A model generated the notes under the pieces. It was not told where the DNA came from. It did not search any database and worked only from the letters and a program-made list of their open reading frames with translations. Position numbers and translations under genes: made by a program. A DNA stretch of 32,000 nucleotides, from positions 1,170,001-1,202,000 of the forward strand of contig NC_009776.1 of NCBI RefSeq assembly GCF_000017945.1. Direction: 5' to 3'. Origin of the DNA: Ignicoccus hospitalis KIN4/I. GTDB taxonomy: Archaea > Thermoproteota > Thermoprotei_A > Sulfolobales > Ignicoccaceae. Below, in pieces: positions 1 to 8,104 of this stretch (within the stretch, counting starts at the first letter, position 1; each line of letters begins with the position of its first letter).

Positions 1-753
1 TCCGGCACAGTAGGCCTCGGGAGGTGCCTCTCGGCGACCGCGAGGGCCCAAGCCTTGGAGGAACAGATCAAGGGCGTCGAGAGCGGTTACGGAGAGCTTA
101 GTCTGGCCGTCAGAAACGCTTGCGACGAGGAAGTGGAGGGGTCGGCGATAGTGAAGTTCCTTTACGCCAACCCCTCCCCTAAGGCCTACGTGGAGTACTG
201 CTCAGAGGGGCGGACCGAGGTCTACCGGGTCCCCTCTTGTGCGGAGGCCGGCGAGGGGCCCTTGCTAGCTTGTAGGACTTGGGGGGTGGGGGAGTTCAAG
301 GTAACGGAGCTGACGGAGAGCATCTACGTCGAAAAGGGGACCTCGAGGGCCGCGCGGCGCCTCGAGGAAGTGTTAGAAAGGGTCCCTAAGTGCTTGGAGT
401 GGACTTGTTATAGGTGGATAAGCGTTCCGAGGACCTTTAGTTACTGTGCCGTAATGAAGAACTCAGGACTGAAGAGCGACGGACACGTCGTGGGGAAGGC
501 CGTGGTCTTCAAGTTTAGGTTAGGGCCCCACGAGTCCAAGGTAGTTAAGACCTATTTCTCCAACGTCACGCCGGCCTTTTACCTAGGCTTCTTGGAGGAC
601 AGAGCGAAAGTGCCTTTGGCGGTAGTTAAGGTAGGAGACGAGGAGCTGACCATACCGTGGTACGCCCCAAACGCCGCCTACCCGCTGACAGTAGCAGTTT
701 ACGCGCTGGCGCTGGTATTAATGGTGTTAGCGTTGGTAAGGCTCTTCTCCTAA
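1..753 (+). CDS. Cys-rich extracytoplasmic protein with C-terminal transmembrane anchor; frame is open to the window start, so possibly 5'-partial
   Basis: Frame 1 has no stop from position 1; ORF track start is TTG at 55. Multiple Cys including CLEWTCYRW, and a C-terminal hydrophobic helix VAVYALALVLMVLALVRLF. Confidence 0.7.
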   Translation, partial: SGTVGLGRCLSATARAQALEEQIKGVESGYGELSLAVRNACDEEVEGSAIVKFLYANPSPKAYVEYCSEGRTEVYRVPSCAEAGEGPLLACRTWGVGEFKVTELTESIYVEKGTSRAARRLEEVLERVPKCLEWTCYRWISVPRTFSYCAVMKNSGLKSDGHVVGKAVVFKFRLGPHESKVVKTYFSNVTPAFYLGFLEDRAKVPLAVVKVGDEELTIPWYAPNAAYPLTVAVYALALVLMVLALVRLFS

Positions 754-1685
754 CCCTAGCGCTCTCTACCGTCGCCCTGAGCTGCGTACAAGTTACCCGT
801 TCGTTCGTCCAGCTCTCGGACGAGTCGGAGCTGAAGCTCCGGGTATCCGTCACTTGCCCGGGCGACGTGGAAGTCAGGATAGAGGCGGACGTGGCGCCCT
901 ACTCCGCAACCGGCCCTCTGAAGGCCGAAGGGGGCTCTTACGTCCTCGCAACGGATAAGGAAGGGGAGCTCTGGGCGTCCTTGCGCTTCCCTGGCAATCA
1001 CCCCCACATAACGATAAAGGTGTATTACGAGTCCCAGCTGGTCGACGAAACCGTCGTTAACCCCAAGGGCTGCGTAGCAGTAACCCTTCGTCCCTCCGAG
1101 GACGGCAAGGTAGTCGGCTTGGTAGTGGAGAACTTGTGCGAGAAGGAGGTAGAAGTCCCCATAAAGGTGGTCGGAGAGGGCGCAACAGAGTCGCTGAAGA
1201 GGTCTACGTGCGTCGAGAAGGTGGCCAAGCTGGGCTACGCGCGCGAGTGCGTCGAGTGGACTTGTGCTAAGTGGCTCTACGCCAGTACATGCGCGAAGAA
1301 GAGGGTCACGTGCGTTGACGGCGAGTGCGAGGAGCGGTGCGAACTCAAGCTTACCGTACCTACCGCCTGCGAGAAGTGGGCGTGTTCCAAAACGCAAATG
1401 GTTCCGACAGTAAAGTACGAGTGTACCAAGCATGATGTAGAGGCGGTTAGGAGCTCGTGGCCCCCTTCCGGCGAGGGGACCTTCGAGGGGATTCTGAAGC
1501 TAGGGCCCAAGGAGACGAAGGCGCTTAGGTTCGTCTTCAAAGGAGGCGCGAGGAAGGCTATCGTAGGGGAGTTCGAAGCGGAGCTCCCGGGGCCCCCTCC
1601 CCCGCCTTTCGAGGTGAATTACCTGCCTATGATAATAAGCTTGGTCGTTATAGTTTTCTCCTTGTCAGTGCTCCTCACTTCTTGA
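657..1685 (+). CDS. Cys-rich secreted/membrane-anchored protein, probable relative of the upstream ORF
   Basis: N-terminal hydrophobic segment ALLLTLALSTVALSC, CVEWTCAKW and CEKWACSK motifs, Pro-rich linker PGPPPPP and C-terminal helix MIISLVVIVFSLSVLL. Confidence 0.75.
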   Translation: MVRPKRRLPADSSSLRAGAGINGVSVGKALLLTLALSTVALSCVQVTRSFVQLSDESELKLRVSVTCPGDVEVRIEADVAPYSATGPLKAEGGSYVLATDKEGELWASLRFPGNHPHITIKVYYESQLVDETVVNPKGCVAVTLRPSEDGKVVGLVVENLCEKEVEVPIKVVGEGATESLKRSTCVEKVAKLGYARECVEWTCAKWLYASTCAKKRVTCVDGECEERCELKLTVPTACEKWACSKTQMVPTVKYECTKHDVEAVRSSWPPSGEGTFEGILKLGPKETKALRFVFKGGARKAIVGEFEAELPGPPPPPFEVNYLPMIISLVVIVFSLSVLLTS

Positions 1686-2334
1686 TCCTCGTCGCCTCCT
1701 TCAAGAGCGCCTCCACTTGGGCGCCTACTGCTCCCTCGTCGTAAGGGGGGTAGGGCTTGCCCTCCTCCAAGTCCAAGGGCCCGGAGCAGAACATCCCCCA
1801 GCTCACCACCCCCCTCAGCTCAGCTGGGGGGAGCAGCGCAACTGCCCTCACCTCCCCCTCCTTCACTTCACTTATGTTGGTTACGACGGTGATAGCTACC
1901 TTCCCCAAACCGGTCCTAGTCACCTTCAACTTGTCCGCGTTGGGGTGGTCCTTCACCGTCAACACTCGCCCGGAGAAGACCAAGACCGCCCTGCCCGGGC
2001 TCACCTCCTCCCCGAGCTTGAGGAGGGTCGGTAGCGCTTGGAGGTAGCCCAAGGCCCAAGAGGCCCTCGCCCTCAGCTCGTCCTTCTCCTCGCTCCCCAA
2101 GCCCAAAACCTCCTTAAGCTCCGACGCCAGCTTGGAGAGACCGGGGGCGCTCTGGGAGGCCATTTCCGCCGGGAGGCCGCTCCAACGCAAGCGCTTGAGC
2201 TCGCTCCACGCCTCGCGCAAGAGCTCGTTGGCCCTCCCCTTGTCTATGGGCCTCCCCGGGTTCCTTACCACCCTCTCCACCTTCTCCAGCCCCCACCAAG
2301 CCAGCAAGTACCTAGGGTCGTCGTGCCCCGGCAA
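1675..2334 (-). CDS. tRNA-binding (EMAP/CsaA/PheT-N type OB-fold) domain protein
   Basis: Central region GRVLTVKDHPNADKLKVTRTGLGKVAITVVTNISEVKEGEVRAVALLPPAELRGVVSWGMFCS has the HPNADKL...VTN...GVVSxGMFCS pattern of tRNA-binding OB domains. Confidence 0.8.
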   Translation of the reverse strand: MPGHDDPRYLLAWWGLEKVERVVRNPGRPIDKGRANELLREAWSELKRLRWSGLPAEMASQSAPGLSKLASELKEVLGLGSEEKDELRARASWALGYLQALPTLLKLGEEVSPGRAVLVFSGRVLTVKDHPNADKLKVTRTGLGKVAITVVTNISEVKEGEVRAVALLPPAELRGVVSWGMFCSGPLDLEEGKPYPPYDEGAVGAQVEALLKEATRIKK

Positions 2335-2407
2335 CGTCGAGTCCCTCCCCGCGGCCCGGAACTTTTGTATTAGTTTGTGTCCCTCAACCCTTAGGTCCCG
2401 GAAGTTG

Positions 2408-2923
2408 ATGTTCCCTTACGCGTTCCTTTCCGTAATACTCACTCAGACCCTAATATTAGAAGGAACGAACACGACCGTTACTCTTACTACGACTCCCTCC
2501 CTCTTGTACACCCTAACCGTCCTCTGTGAAAACGCTACTTTCGTAAAGAGCAACGTCGTCTTGGGCCCCTTTACCGCCGAGACGCTCTCGCTCCCGTGCG
2601 AGCCGCGTAAGGTCTCCCTAAAGGCCGTCCTAACTTACTTCCTTTACCATATGGACGACAAATTGAAGACGATAACGTTTACTACCGTGAACGTCGAAGA
2701 GGAGTTAGTGCCCAGGGGCACGGTAACACTAAACATAACGGGAGCGGAGCTGAGCTTAGACAACTTAGTAAAGGCTAGGTTTGAAGGGGAGCTCGTAGTG
2801 AGTTTCGGCTACGTCCCCCCTCCGCCGGTCGCGGCCGTCGGGGCGCTGGCGGTGAGAGCTGTAGCTAAGAGGCTTCCTTCTCGCGCACCTCGACGGTCTC
2901 GCTCTTCTCGACGGCCTTCCTAG
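2408..2923 (+). CDS. secreted hypothetical protein with signal peptide and Pro-rich/hydrophobic C-terminus
   Basis: The track ORF starts at 2132, but its N-terminal part is antisense to the tRNA-binding gene. ATG at 2408 gives MFPYAFLSVILTQTLILEGTNTTVTL... ending with YVPPPPVAAVGALAVRAVAKR. Confidence 0.6.
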   Translation: MFPYAFLSVILTQTLILEGTNTTVTLTTTPSLLYTLTVLCENATFVKSNVVLGPFTAETLSLPCEPRKVSLKAVLTYFLYHMDDKLKTITFTTVNVEEELVPRGTVTLNITGAELSLDNLVKARFEGELVVSFGYVPPPPVAAVGALAVRAVAKRLPSRAPRRSRSSRRPS

Positions 2924-3842
2924 GCAGCCTCGCCAGAGCCCTCACCAAGTCCTCCACGAAGAGGGCCCCGACGTACCTCCCCTCTTCGTCCACCACAGGG
3001 ATCACTGGCTCTCTGAACACTAAGAACTTGTCCAAGGCAACGGTTACGCTGTCTTCTGGACTGAGGGAGGGAACCCCCCTCATCATTATGGTTTTTACCT
3101 TAGCCATTGGAACGCTCATGTGTTCGCCCTCCCTATGTATGAACCACCTGTTGGTCTTCACGAACTCCTTATAGGTTATTATTCCCTTGACCTTGTTCTC
3201 CTCGTCCTTTGCGACCACTACCAAGCCCGGCAAGAACTTGTTTATCAATTTGTGCCAAGCCTTGTTCACCTTTTCGTTCCAGTCTATCGCGTACTCCTCG
3301 CCGGTCCTCATTACGTCCTTTACCTTAAGCTCGGGCTCGCCGGGCAAGTGGTGCTTTAGCAAGCGCAGCAAGTCGAAGTAGTCCACAACCCCGAGCAGCT
3401 TGCCCTCCTCGTCCACCACCGGAGCCCCTCTGACCCTCTTGTCCTCCAACTCCCTCACGACGCGCAACAAGTCGTCGTCCGGCTTAAACATGGGGAACTC
3501 GTGCATGAAGTCGAGGACGCTGAAGCGGGAACGGTGGGAAGTAGGGACCATCAGCTCGAACTGAGTTAGGAAGCCGTCGGTCCTCTTGGTGTAGGGGTCC
3601 CTTAACACCGGAATGACTTCCTCGTCTGTCTTCCTCACCAAGGGTTTCAAGTTTACCAAGAGCTCATGCTTGTTATAAACGACCACCGCCGGGGCCCTGG
3701 CCGCCTCTCGCACTTGCAAGGCCTTGCCCAGAGTGAGTTCCTCGGGGACCTCCTCTGGCAAGAGGACCGCTTTCTTCTCTTCCTTAACTTTTACCTCTTT
3801 GACCCTCTCAGGCAATATATCCACCCCGTCCTTCCGGCCCAC
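2865..3842 (-). CDS. CBS domain protein (appears to contain four CBS repeats)
   Basis: Repeated CBS signatures: VRGAPVVDEEGKLLGVVDYFDLLRLL, PGLVVVAKDEENKVKGIITYKEFV, PVIPVVDEEGRYVGALFVEDLVRAL, and a degenerate N-terminal unit. Confidence 0.85.
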   Translation of the reverse strand: MGRKDGVDILPERVKEVKVKEEKKAVLLPEEVPEELTLGKALQVREAARAPAVVVYNKHELLVNLKPLVRKTDEEVIPVLRDPYTKRTDGFLTQFELMVPTSHRSRFSVLDFMHEFPMFKPDDDLLRVVRELEDKRVRGAPVVDEEGKLLGVVDYFDLLRLLKHHLPGEPELKVKDVMRTGEEYAIDWNEKVNKAWHKLINKFLPGLVVVAKDEENKVKGIITYKEFVKTNRWFIHREGEHMSVPMAKVKTIMMRGVPSLSPEDSVTVALDKFLVFREPVIPVVDEEGRYVGALFVEDLVRALARLPRKAVEKSETVEVREKEAS

Positions 3843-3853
3843 GGATGCGCATC

Positions 3854-4567
3854 ATGGATTATAAGAAGAGCACGCGCTTGCTGGAAGAGCTGCTGGGCGT
3901 CACTGCCTCCGTGAGGCCGCCGAAGCTCTTCGTGTACAAGGACTGCGAGGGGCTGGAGGTCCCGCTGAGCGCGTTCCCCGTCGCCTTGGCCGTCTTCATG
4001 CCGGCCGAGAAGGCTTGGGCCGCACTGAGGGCGCTCTACGGAGAAGACCCGCGAAGGGCCTACGAGGAGTACTTGAGGAGGCCTTCCAAGGCTTGTTGGC
4101 TAAGCAGAGAGGTAGCTAAGGCGATCGCGTACCGCTTAGGCGGCAAAAGGCCAAAGGGCTTGGAACGGGAGGTTGAGAAGAGGTGGCCGAACGTGTGCGG
4201 GCCGGTAGACGCGTTCTCCGAAGCGCTCAAGCTGACTACAGCATTAAACGAGGTCGGCATTTCGGCATCGTTCTACAAGGGCGACAAGGAGGGAGAGGTG
4301 AGGACGCCTTACGCCGTCATCAAAGTGAAGAGGTCTGATCCCGTGGACGAAAGGTTCCTAAAGGAGTTGAGGGAACTAGTTCAGAAGGACGCGGAGCTGG
4401 GCAAGAGGGTCCTCTCCTTGATTGGTGCCAGGGGAAGTTGTGTGGAGCTGGCGGAAGCGGTGAAGCTTTCGGAAGAGCTGTTGGGCTACGGATTCTTGAG
4501 GACCAAACTGAGGGAAAAGGCGGAGGAGCTGGCCAAGGAGGCCTTGGCCAGGAGCAAGTTGCCATAA
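3854..4567 (+). CDS. hypothetical protein
   Basis: Long ORF (track start 3845, ATG at 3854 plausible), divergent from the CBS gene, ending before a GC-rich intergenic element. Confidence 0.65.
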   Translation: MDYKKSTRLLEELLGVTASVRPPKLFVYKDCEGLEVPLSAFPVALAVFMPAEKAWAALRALYGEDPRRAYEEYLRRPSKACWLSREVAKAIAYRLGGKRPKGLEREVEKRWPNVCGPVDAFSEALKLTTALNEVGISASFYKGDKEGEVRTPYAVIKVKRSDPVDERFLKELRELVQKDAELGKRVLSLIGARGSCVELAEAVKLSEELLGYGFLRTKLREKAEELAKEALARSKLP

Positions 4568-4625
4568 GGGCGATGAAGAAGGTTAAAAGCGGCGAGCGGT
4601 GAGCGGGGGCCAAGCCCCGAGCCCC
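4568..4625 (+). ncRNA. candidate structured or C/D-box-like sRNA (tentative)
   Basis: GGGC-GATGA ... GCGA GCG GTGAGC ... CCGA-GCCC: flanks pair GGGC/GCCC, and the internal GCGA/UGAGC can form a k-turn-like pair. An alternative GGGGC-CAA-GCCCC hairpin is also possible. Confidence 0.15.
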
Positions 4626-4671
4626 GAACCTCTTTAGCTCGCCCTCGGAGTAGGGCCTAGGGTAAGGAATT

Positions 4672-5220
4672 ATGGAGGACAAGGTTCTGGAGTGGATAGC
4701 GTACTTCTACCAGACCTACTTCAGAGAAATAACGTTCAGCGCCCTCCCCAGAGAGCTGAGGAGTATCCTGGGCGACGCCGCTTACGGAGTAATAACCAAG
4801 ATCGTTATGGGGACGTCCAGCAAAGCGATACCGAAGATGGCCAAGAGCTTGGGTTTCCTAAAGGAAGGCGAAAAGGCCGACACTCTAGACATGATCAAGG
4901 AACTCAACGAGAAGTGCCACATTCAGCTCTACCAGGAGACCAGCAAGTACGGCACCATAGGGGACATAGGCCTCATCCCCATGGAGTATGACAAAGAAAA
5001 GGGAATTCTAAAATTCATATTGAACAAATGTCCGGTAGACGAGGTAGCCGCGGCCCCGTACGTCGGCATAGTCGCCGGCATCTCCGCCGGGCTAGGCCTC
5101 AAGGTTAGGCCCATCAGAGAGCCTTCTCAAAAGAAGTTCGTGAAGGAGGGGTTCGTCGTCTATCCCGTCTTAGATAAGGAAAACAACAAGTGTTACATAG
5201 TACTCGAGAAGGTAGGTTAG
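4672..5220 (+). CDS. hypothetical protein, possibly a divergent V4R/hydrocarbon-binding-like domain
   Basis: 182-aa ORF with ATG start. The C-terminal half CPVDEVAAAPYVGIVAGISAGLGLKVRP...NNKCYIVLEKV only loosely resembles V4R domains. Confidence 0.7.
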   Translation: MEDKVLEWIAYFYQTYFREITFSALPRELRSILGDAAYGVITKIVMGTSSKAIPKMAKSLGFLKEGEKADTLDMIKELNEKCHIQLYQETSKYGTIGDIGLIPMEYDKEKGILKFILNKCPVDEVAAAPYVGIVAGISAGLGLKVRPIREPSQKKFVKEGFVVYPVLDKENNKCYIVLEKVG

Positions 5221-5501
5221 CCAGCTATTTTTAGTACCTCTTGAGACAGCGTTATCAGTTTCTCATCGAACTCCCTTATCCAGCCCAATATCACGCTTAT
5301 CGCTATTAGCCATATAATACCCTCCACTATCACTATCGAAAAAAGCGCGTACTCGTTGTTCCTGAAGAACAAGACTAGGGCCAGTATAGGCATCGTCATG
5401 TATATGAGTAGGAGGGCGTTAAGTAACGAAAAAGAGATGCTTGAGTTGAGCACGAAGGAGGAAAGCGCGGAGACATTGGCGGCAGTCGTGTTGCTCAGCA
5501 A
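5217..5501 (-). CDS. small membrane protein (about two predicted TM helices)
   Basis: 94 aa with hydrophobic stretches SLLNALLLIYMTMPILALVLFF and YALFSIVIVEGIIWLIAISVILGW. Confidence 0.6.
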   Translation of the reverse strand: MLSNTTAANVSALSSFVLNSSISFSLLNALLLIYMTMPILALVLFFRNNEYALFSIVIVEGIIWLIAISVILGWIREFDEKLITLSQEVLKIAG

Positions 5502-5588
5502 ACGTGTTCCCGGAGGATTGTGTTAAGAGCATAACATTAAGAGGATCAGATGTGGCTGTTATAAAAAGGTTTTAGCATCATTTAAAAA

Positions 5589-5867
5589 TTATATTTTCCT
5601 CGCTATCTGTAGCATCACTAGCGTAACAAAGTAGGTAATCGCAGCGTAGATTATTGAGGCCACTAGTATACCGACTCCGATATTTGTAGTGCCCGCCAGT
5701 ATGAACGGTAGTGATGAAAATATGCCTAGTAGCACGTAATGTAAAGCTTGGTATTTCGCAAAGACGTCGTCTGTCAAGTACTGGTTCGCCTCCATATTGG
5801 CCTCGGCAGCGAAGGCGGCGGGCGCCAGAGCCATGAGAGCCAACAAGACGGGCACGACCTTCCTCAT
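5589..5867 (-). CDS. small signal-peptide-bearing membrane protein
   Basis: MRKVVPVLLALMALAPAAFAAEAN looks like a cleavable signal peptide, followed by two hydrophobic helices in a 92-aa product. Confidence 0.65.
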   Translation of the reverse strand: MRKVVPVLLALMALAPAAFAAEANMEANQYLTDDVFAKYQALHYVLLGIFSSLPFILAGTTNIGVGILVASIIYAAITYFVTLVMLQIARKI

Positions 5868-5926
5868 TCCCAGTCCCTCCGGCTCCCCTCCTACTCTCCA
5901 TGCTTAAAAAGATTTCTCTATTTTGG

Positions 5927-7711
5927 TTACACAGAGGTCTTGACTTCCACGACTTGTTTGGCGCCCTCTTTCCTCATCATGTTTAGGAACTCCTTTAGCA
6001 AGTAGAAGTTGAATATTAGTTCTATTATTGTTATAGCTTCTACTGCTGCGAGCGTCACGCTGCCCTTAGCCGCTATGGTGGCCGGCGCTATGTAGGCCAC
6101 GTACAGTATTAGCGCTAGGGTAACGGTGATCCATAAGAAGGCTGCCGGGGCGAGCACGGTGAGCTGGTAGCGCTTAGGAGCCTTTAAGTCCTTTATGACC
6201 CACGCGGCTACTGTCATCATAGCTATGGAAGCCAACATCTGGTTAACTCCGCTGAACGCCGGCCAGAGCACTAGGTAAGCGCCGCTCAGGGCCAAGCTGA
6301 ACCCTAGGACCGCGGCCACCAGCGAGCTCACCCAAGCGTTCGAAAGGACCTTCTTCCCTACCTTCAGTTCCTCTACTAGCTCGCTCCAAGTGAACCTCGC
6401 GAGCCTCACGGTGGTGTCGAGGGTCGTCAGCGCGAAGGAGGTTATCCAGAGGCCGGCGAAGAGCGAGAGCGTCGTTACCGGTAGGTGAAGCGCGGTACCT
6501 ACGGCCGCCCCGAAGCTCTTGGAGAATATCCCGGCCGGCCCTCCGAACGCCTTCATTATCGCCGGGTAGTTCTTGCCGAACTCCACGGGGTCGGCCAAGG
6601 CCTTTTGTATCACGTCCGGGGAGAGGCTCAGCTTAAGCCCGTACGCTTGCGGGTTGAGGAGCATCAAGGGCAACATGGCGGCGATGGAGGCCACTACCAG
6701 AGTGGAGAGCAAGCCCTCCGCGAACATAGAGCCGTAGCCCACCAGCAAGCCGCTGAGCTCGTTGTCCAACTGCTTGGAAGTGGTCCCGCTGGCCACCAAG
6801 CTGTGGAAGCCGCTGAGGGCGCCACAAGCTATGACTAGGGGCACCAACGGCCAGAACGGCGAGTTTACGCCGAGCACCGGGGCGTCGAAGCTGGTGTAGG
6901 CAGGTACCTTGAGCTCGCCGAACAACGCTATCAAGCCTACAACTCCCAACGCCAAGCCGAAGTAGAGTAACAAGGAGTTCATGAAGTCTCTAGGTTGCAG
7001 CAAAACCCACACGGGCAGGCTGGCCGCTATTATGGTGTACACCAACAGCACCGCTACCCAGTCGTTGTAGCTCAGCTTTATTGGGAAGTTCTCCGCTATT
7101 AGGATGCTAATGAGTATTAGGACTACTGCAACCGCTGCGGACTGGACGGGCTTAAGGGACTTCTGATACATTAAGTATCCCAACAAGACGGCCAGCGCTA
7201 TTTGCGTCATAGAGGCCGTGGCAACCATGGGTATTTTGACGAACAAGTGTCCTATTACGGCGCCGAACGCCGCTATCACTAACAGCAGCGCGAAGTAAAT
7301 GAATACCGAGAACGCTCTGCTCATGCTCTTACTTATCAGCCTCCCGGAGATCCACTGGATGCTCCTACCGTCGTAGCGCACGCTGGCCATGAGCGACAAG
7401 TAGTCGTGAACCGCGCCCACGAACACGTTGCCGAACCATATCCACAGTATCGGCATTAGCCAGCCCCATCCCATGGCCATTGCCGGGCCTACTATCGGGC
7501 CGGCGCCAGCTATGGAGGCGAAGTGGTGGCCCATTAGGACGTACTTGTTGGTCGGGACGTAGTCCACGTTATCTAAGAACTTTCTAGCCGGCACCTCCCT
7601 CTCGGGGCTCGCCTTCACCACCTTCCTCTCGAGGATTCTCCTACCGTAGAGCTGGTAGGTAACCGCGTATATAATCAAAGCTATTACGACCAGCAGGGTC
7701 GTCGTTATCAT
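5927..7711 (-). CDS. cstA: carbon starvation protein CstA-family peptide transporter
   Basis: LDNVDYVPTNKYVLMGHHFASIAGAGPIVGPAMAMGWGWLMPILWIWFGNVFVGAVHDYLSL is a CstA signature. Start re-assigned to ATG at 7711; the track ORF extends to 7939. Confidence 0.93.
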   Translation of the reverse strand: MITTTLLVVIALIIYAVTYQLYGRRILERKVVKASPEREVPARKFLDNVDYVPTNKYVLMGHHFASIAGAGPIVGPAMAMGWGWLMPILWIWFGNVFVGAVHDYLSLMASVRYDGRSIQWISGRLISKSMSRAFSVFIYFALLLVIAAFGAVIGHLFVKIPMVATASMTQIALAVLLGYLMYQKSLKPVQSAAVAVVLILISILIAENFPIKLSYNDWVAVLLVYTIIAASLPVWVLLQPRDFMNSLLLYFGLALGVVGLIALFGELKVPAYTSFDAPVLGVNSPFWPLVPLVIACGALSGFHSLVASGTTSKQLDNELSGLLVGYGSMFAEGLLSTLVVASIAAMLPLMLLNPQAYGLKLSLSPDVIQKALADPVEFGKNYPAIMKAFGGPAGIFSKSFGAAVGTALHLPVTTLSLFAGLWITSFALTTLDTTVRLARFTWSELVEELKVGKKVLSNAWVSSLVAAVLGFSLALSGAYLVLWPAFSGVNQMLASIAMMTVAAWVIKDLKAPKRYQLTVLAPAAFLWITVTLALILYVAYIAPATIAAKGSVTLAAVEAITIIELIFNFYLLKEFLNMMRKEGAKQVVEVKTSV

Positions 7712-7841
7712 ACTGGCCCACCTCTGTTGGGAAAGGCAGTCAAGGAATTTATTACCTCTACCATGAAAGGTAGAACGTTCGGTTAATAACTTCCTATAAA
7801 GCTCGGCGCCGCGCGAGGTCACTTCGGGACGCGGTGATAGC

Positions 7842-8102
7842 TTGAGGTTACTGAAGTTCATCGCAGAGACGATAAACGACCTACTCAAGCTCAAAGCTAC
7901 CGAGTACATAGAGGCGGAGCTTGAAGAGCTGGAGCACATATTCGCCTTAATAGCCTTGGGCTTCCTGGTAGGGTACCCCGTAGTGCCACCTTCGCTGAGT
8001 CTGAAGTTAATGCCTTACATGGAGAAGGAGTTACTAATAATGATTGATAGGGCTGAGAGGCTTGATGACCAACTGGGTATAGTGGGATTCGACATTGAGT
8101 AG
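7842..8102 (+). CDS. small conserved-looking protein upstream of ArsA/Get3-like ATPase
   Basis: 86-aa ORF with TTG start, ending 2 nt before the ATPase ORF. Confidence 0.65.
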   Translation: MRLLKFIAETINDLLKLKATEYIEAELEELEHIFALIALGFLVGYPVVPPSLSLKLMPYMEKELLIMIDRAERLDDQLGIVGFDIE

Positions 8103-8104
8103 GG

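Noticed and set aside
2132-2407. N-terminal part of the 2132-2923 ORF
   Set aside because: Antisense to the conserved tRNA-binding protein gene; a signal peptide starts at 2408.
7712-7939. N-terminal extension of the CstA ORF (MCSSSSSSASMYS...)
   Set aside because: The low-complexity Ser-rich part is antisense to the 7842-8102 gene; the TM-rich CstA start is MITTTLL at 7711.
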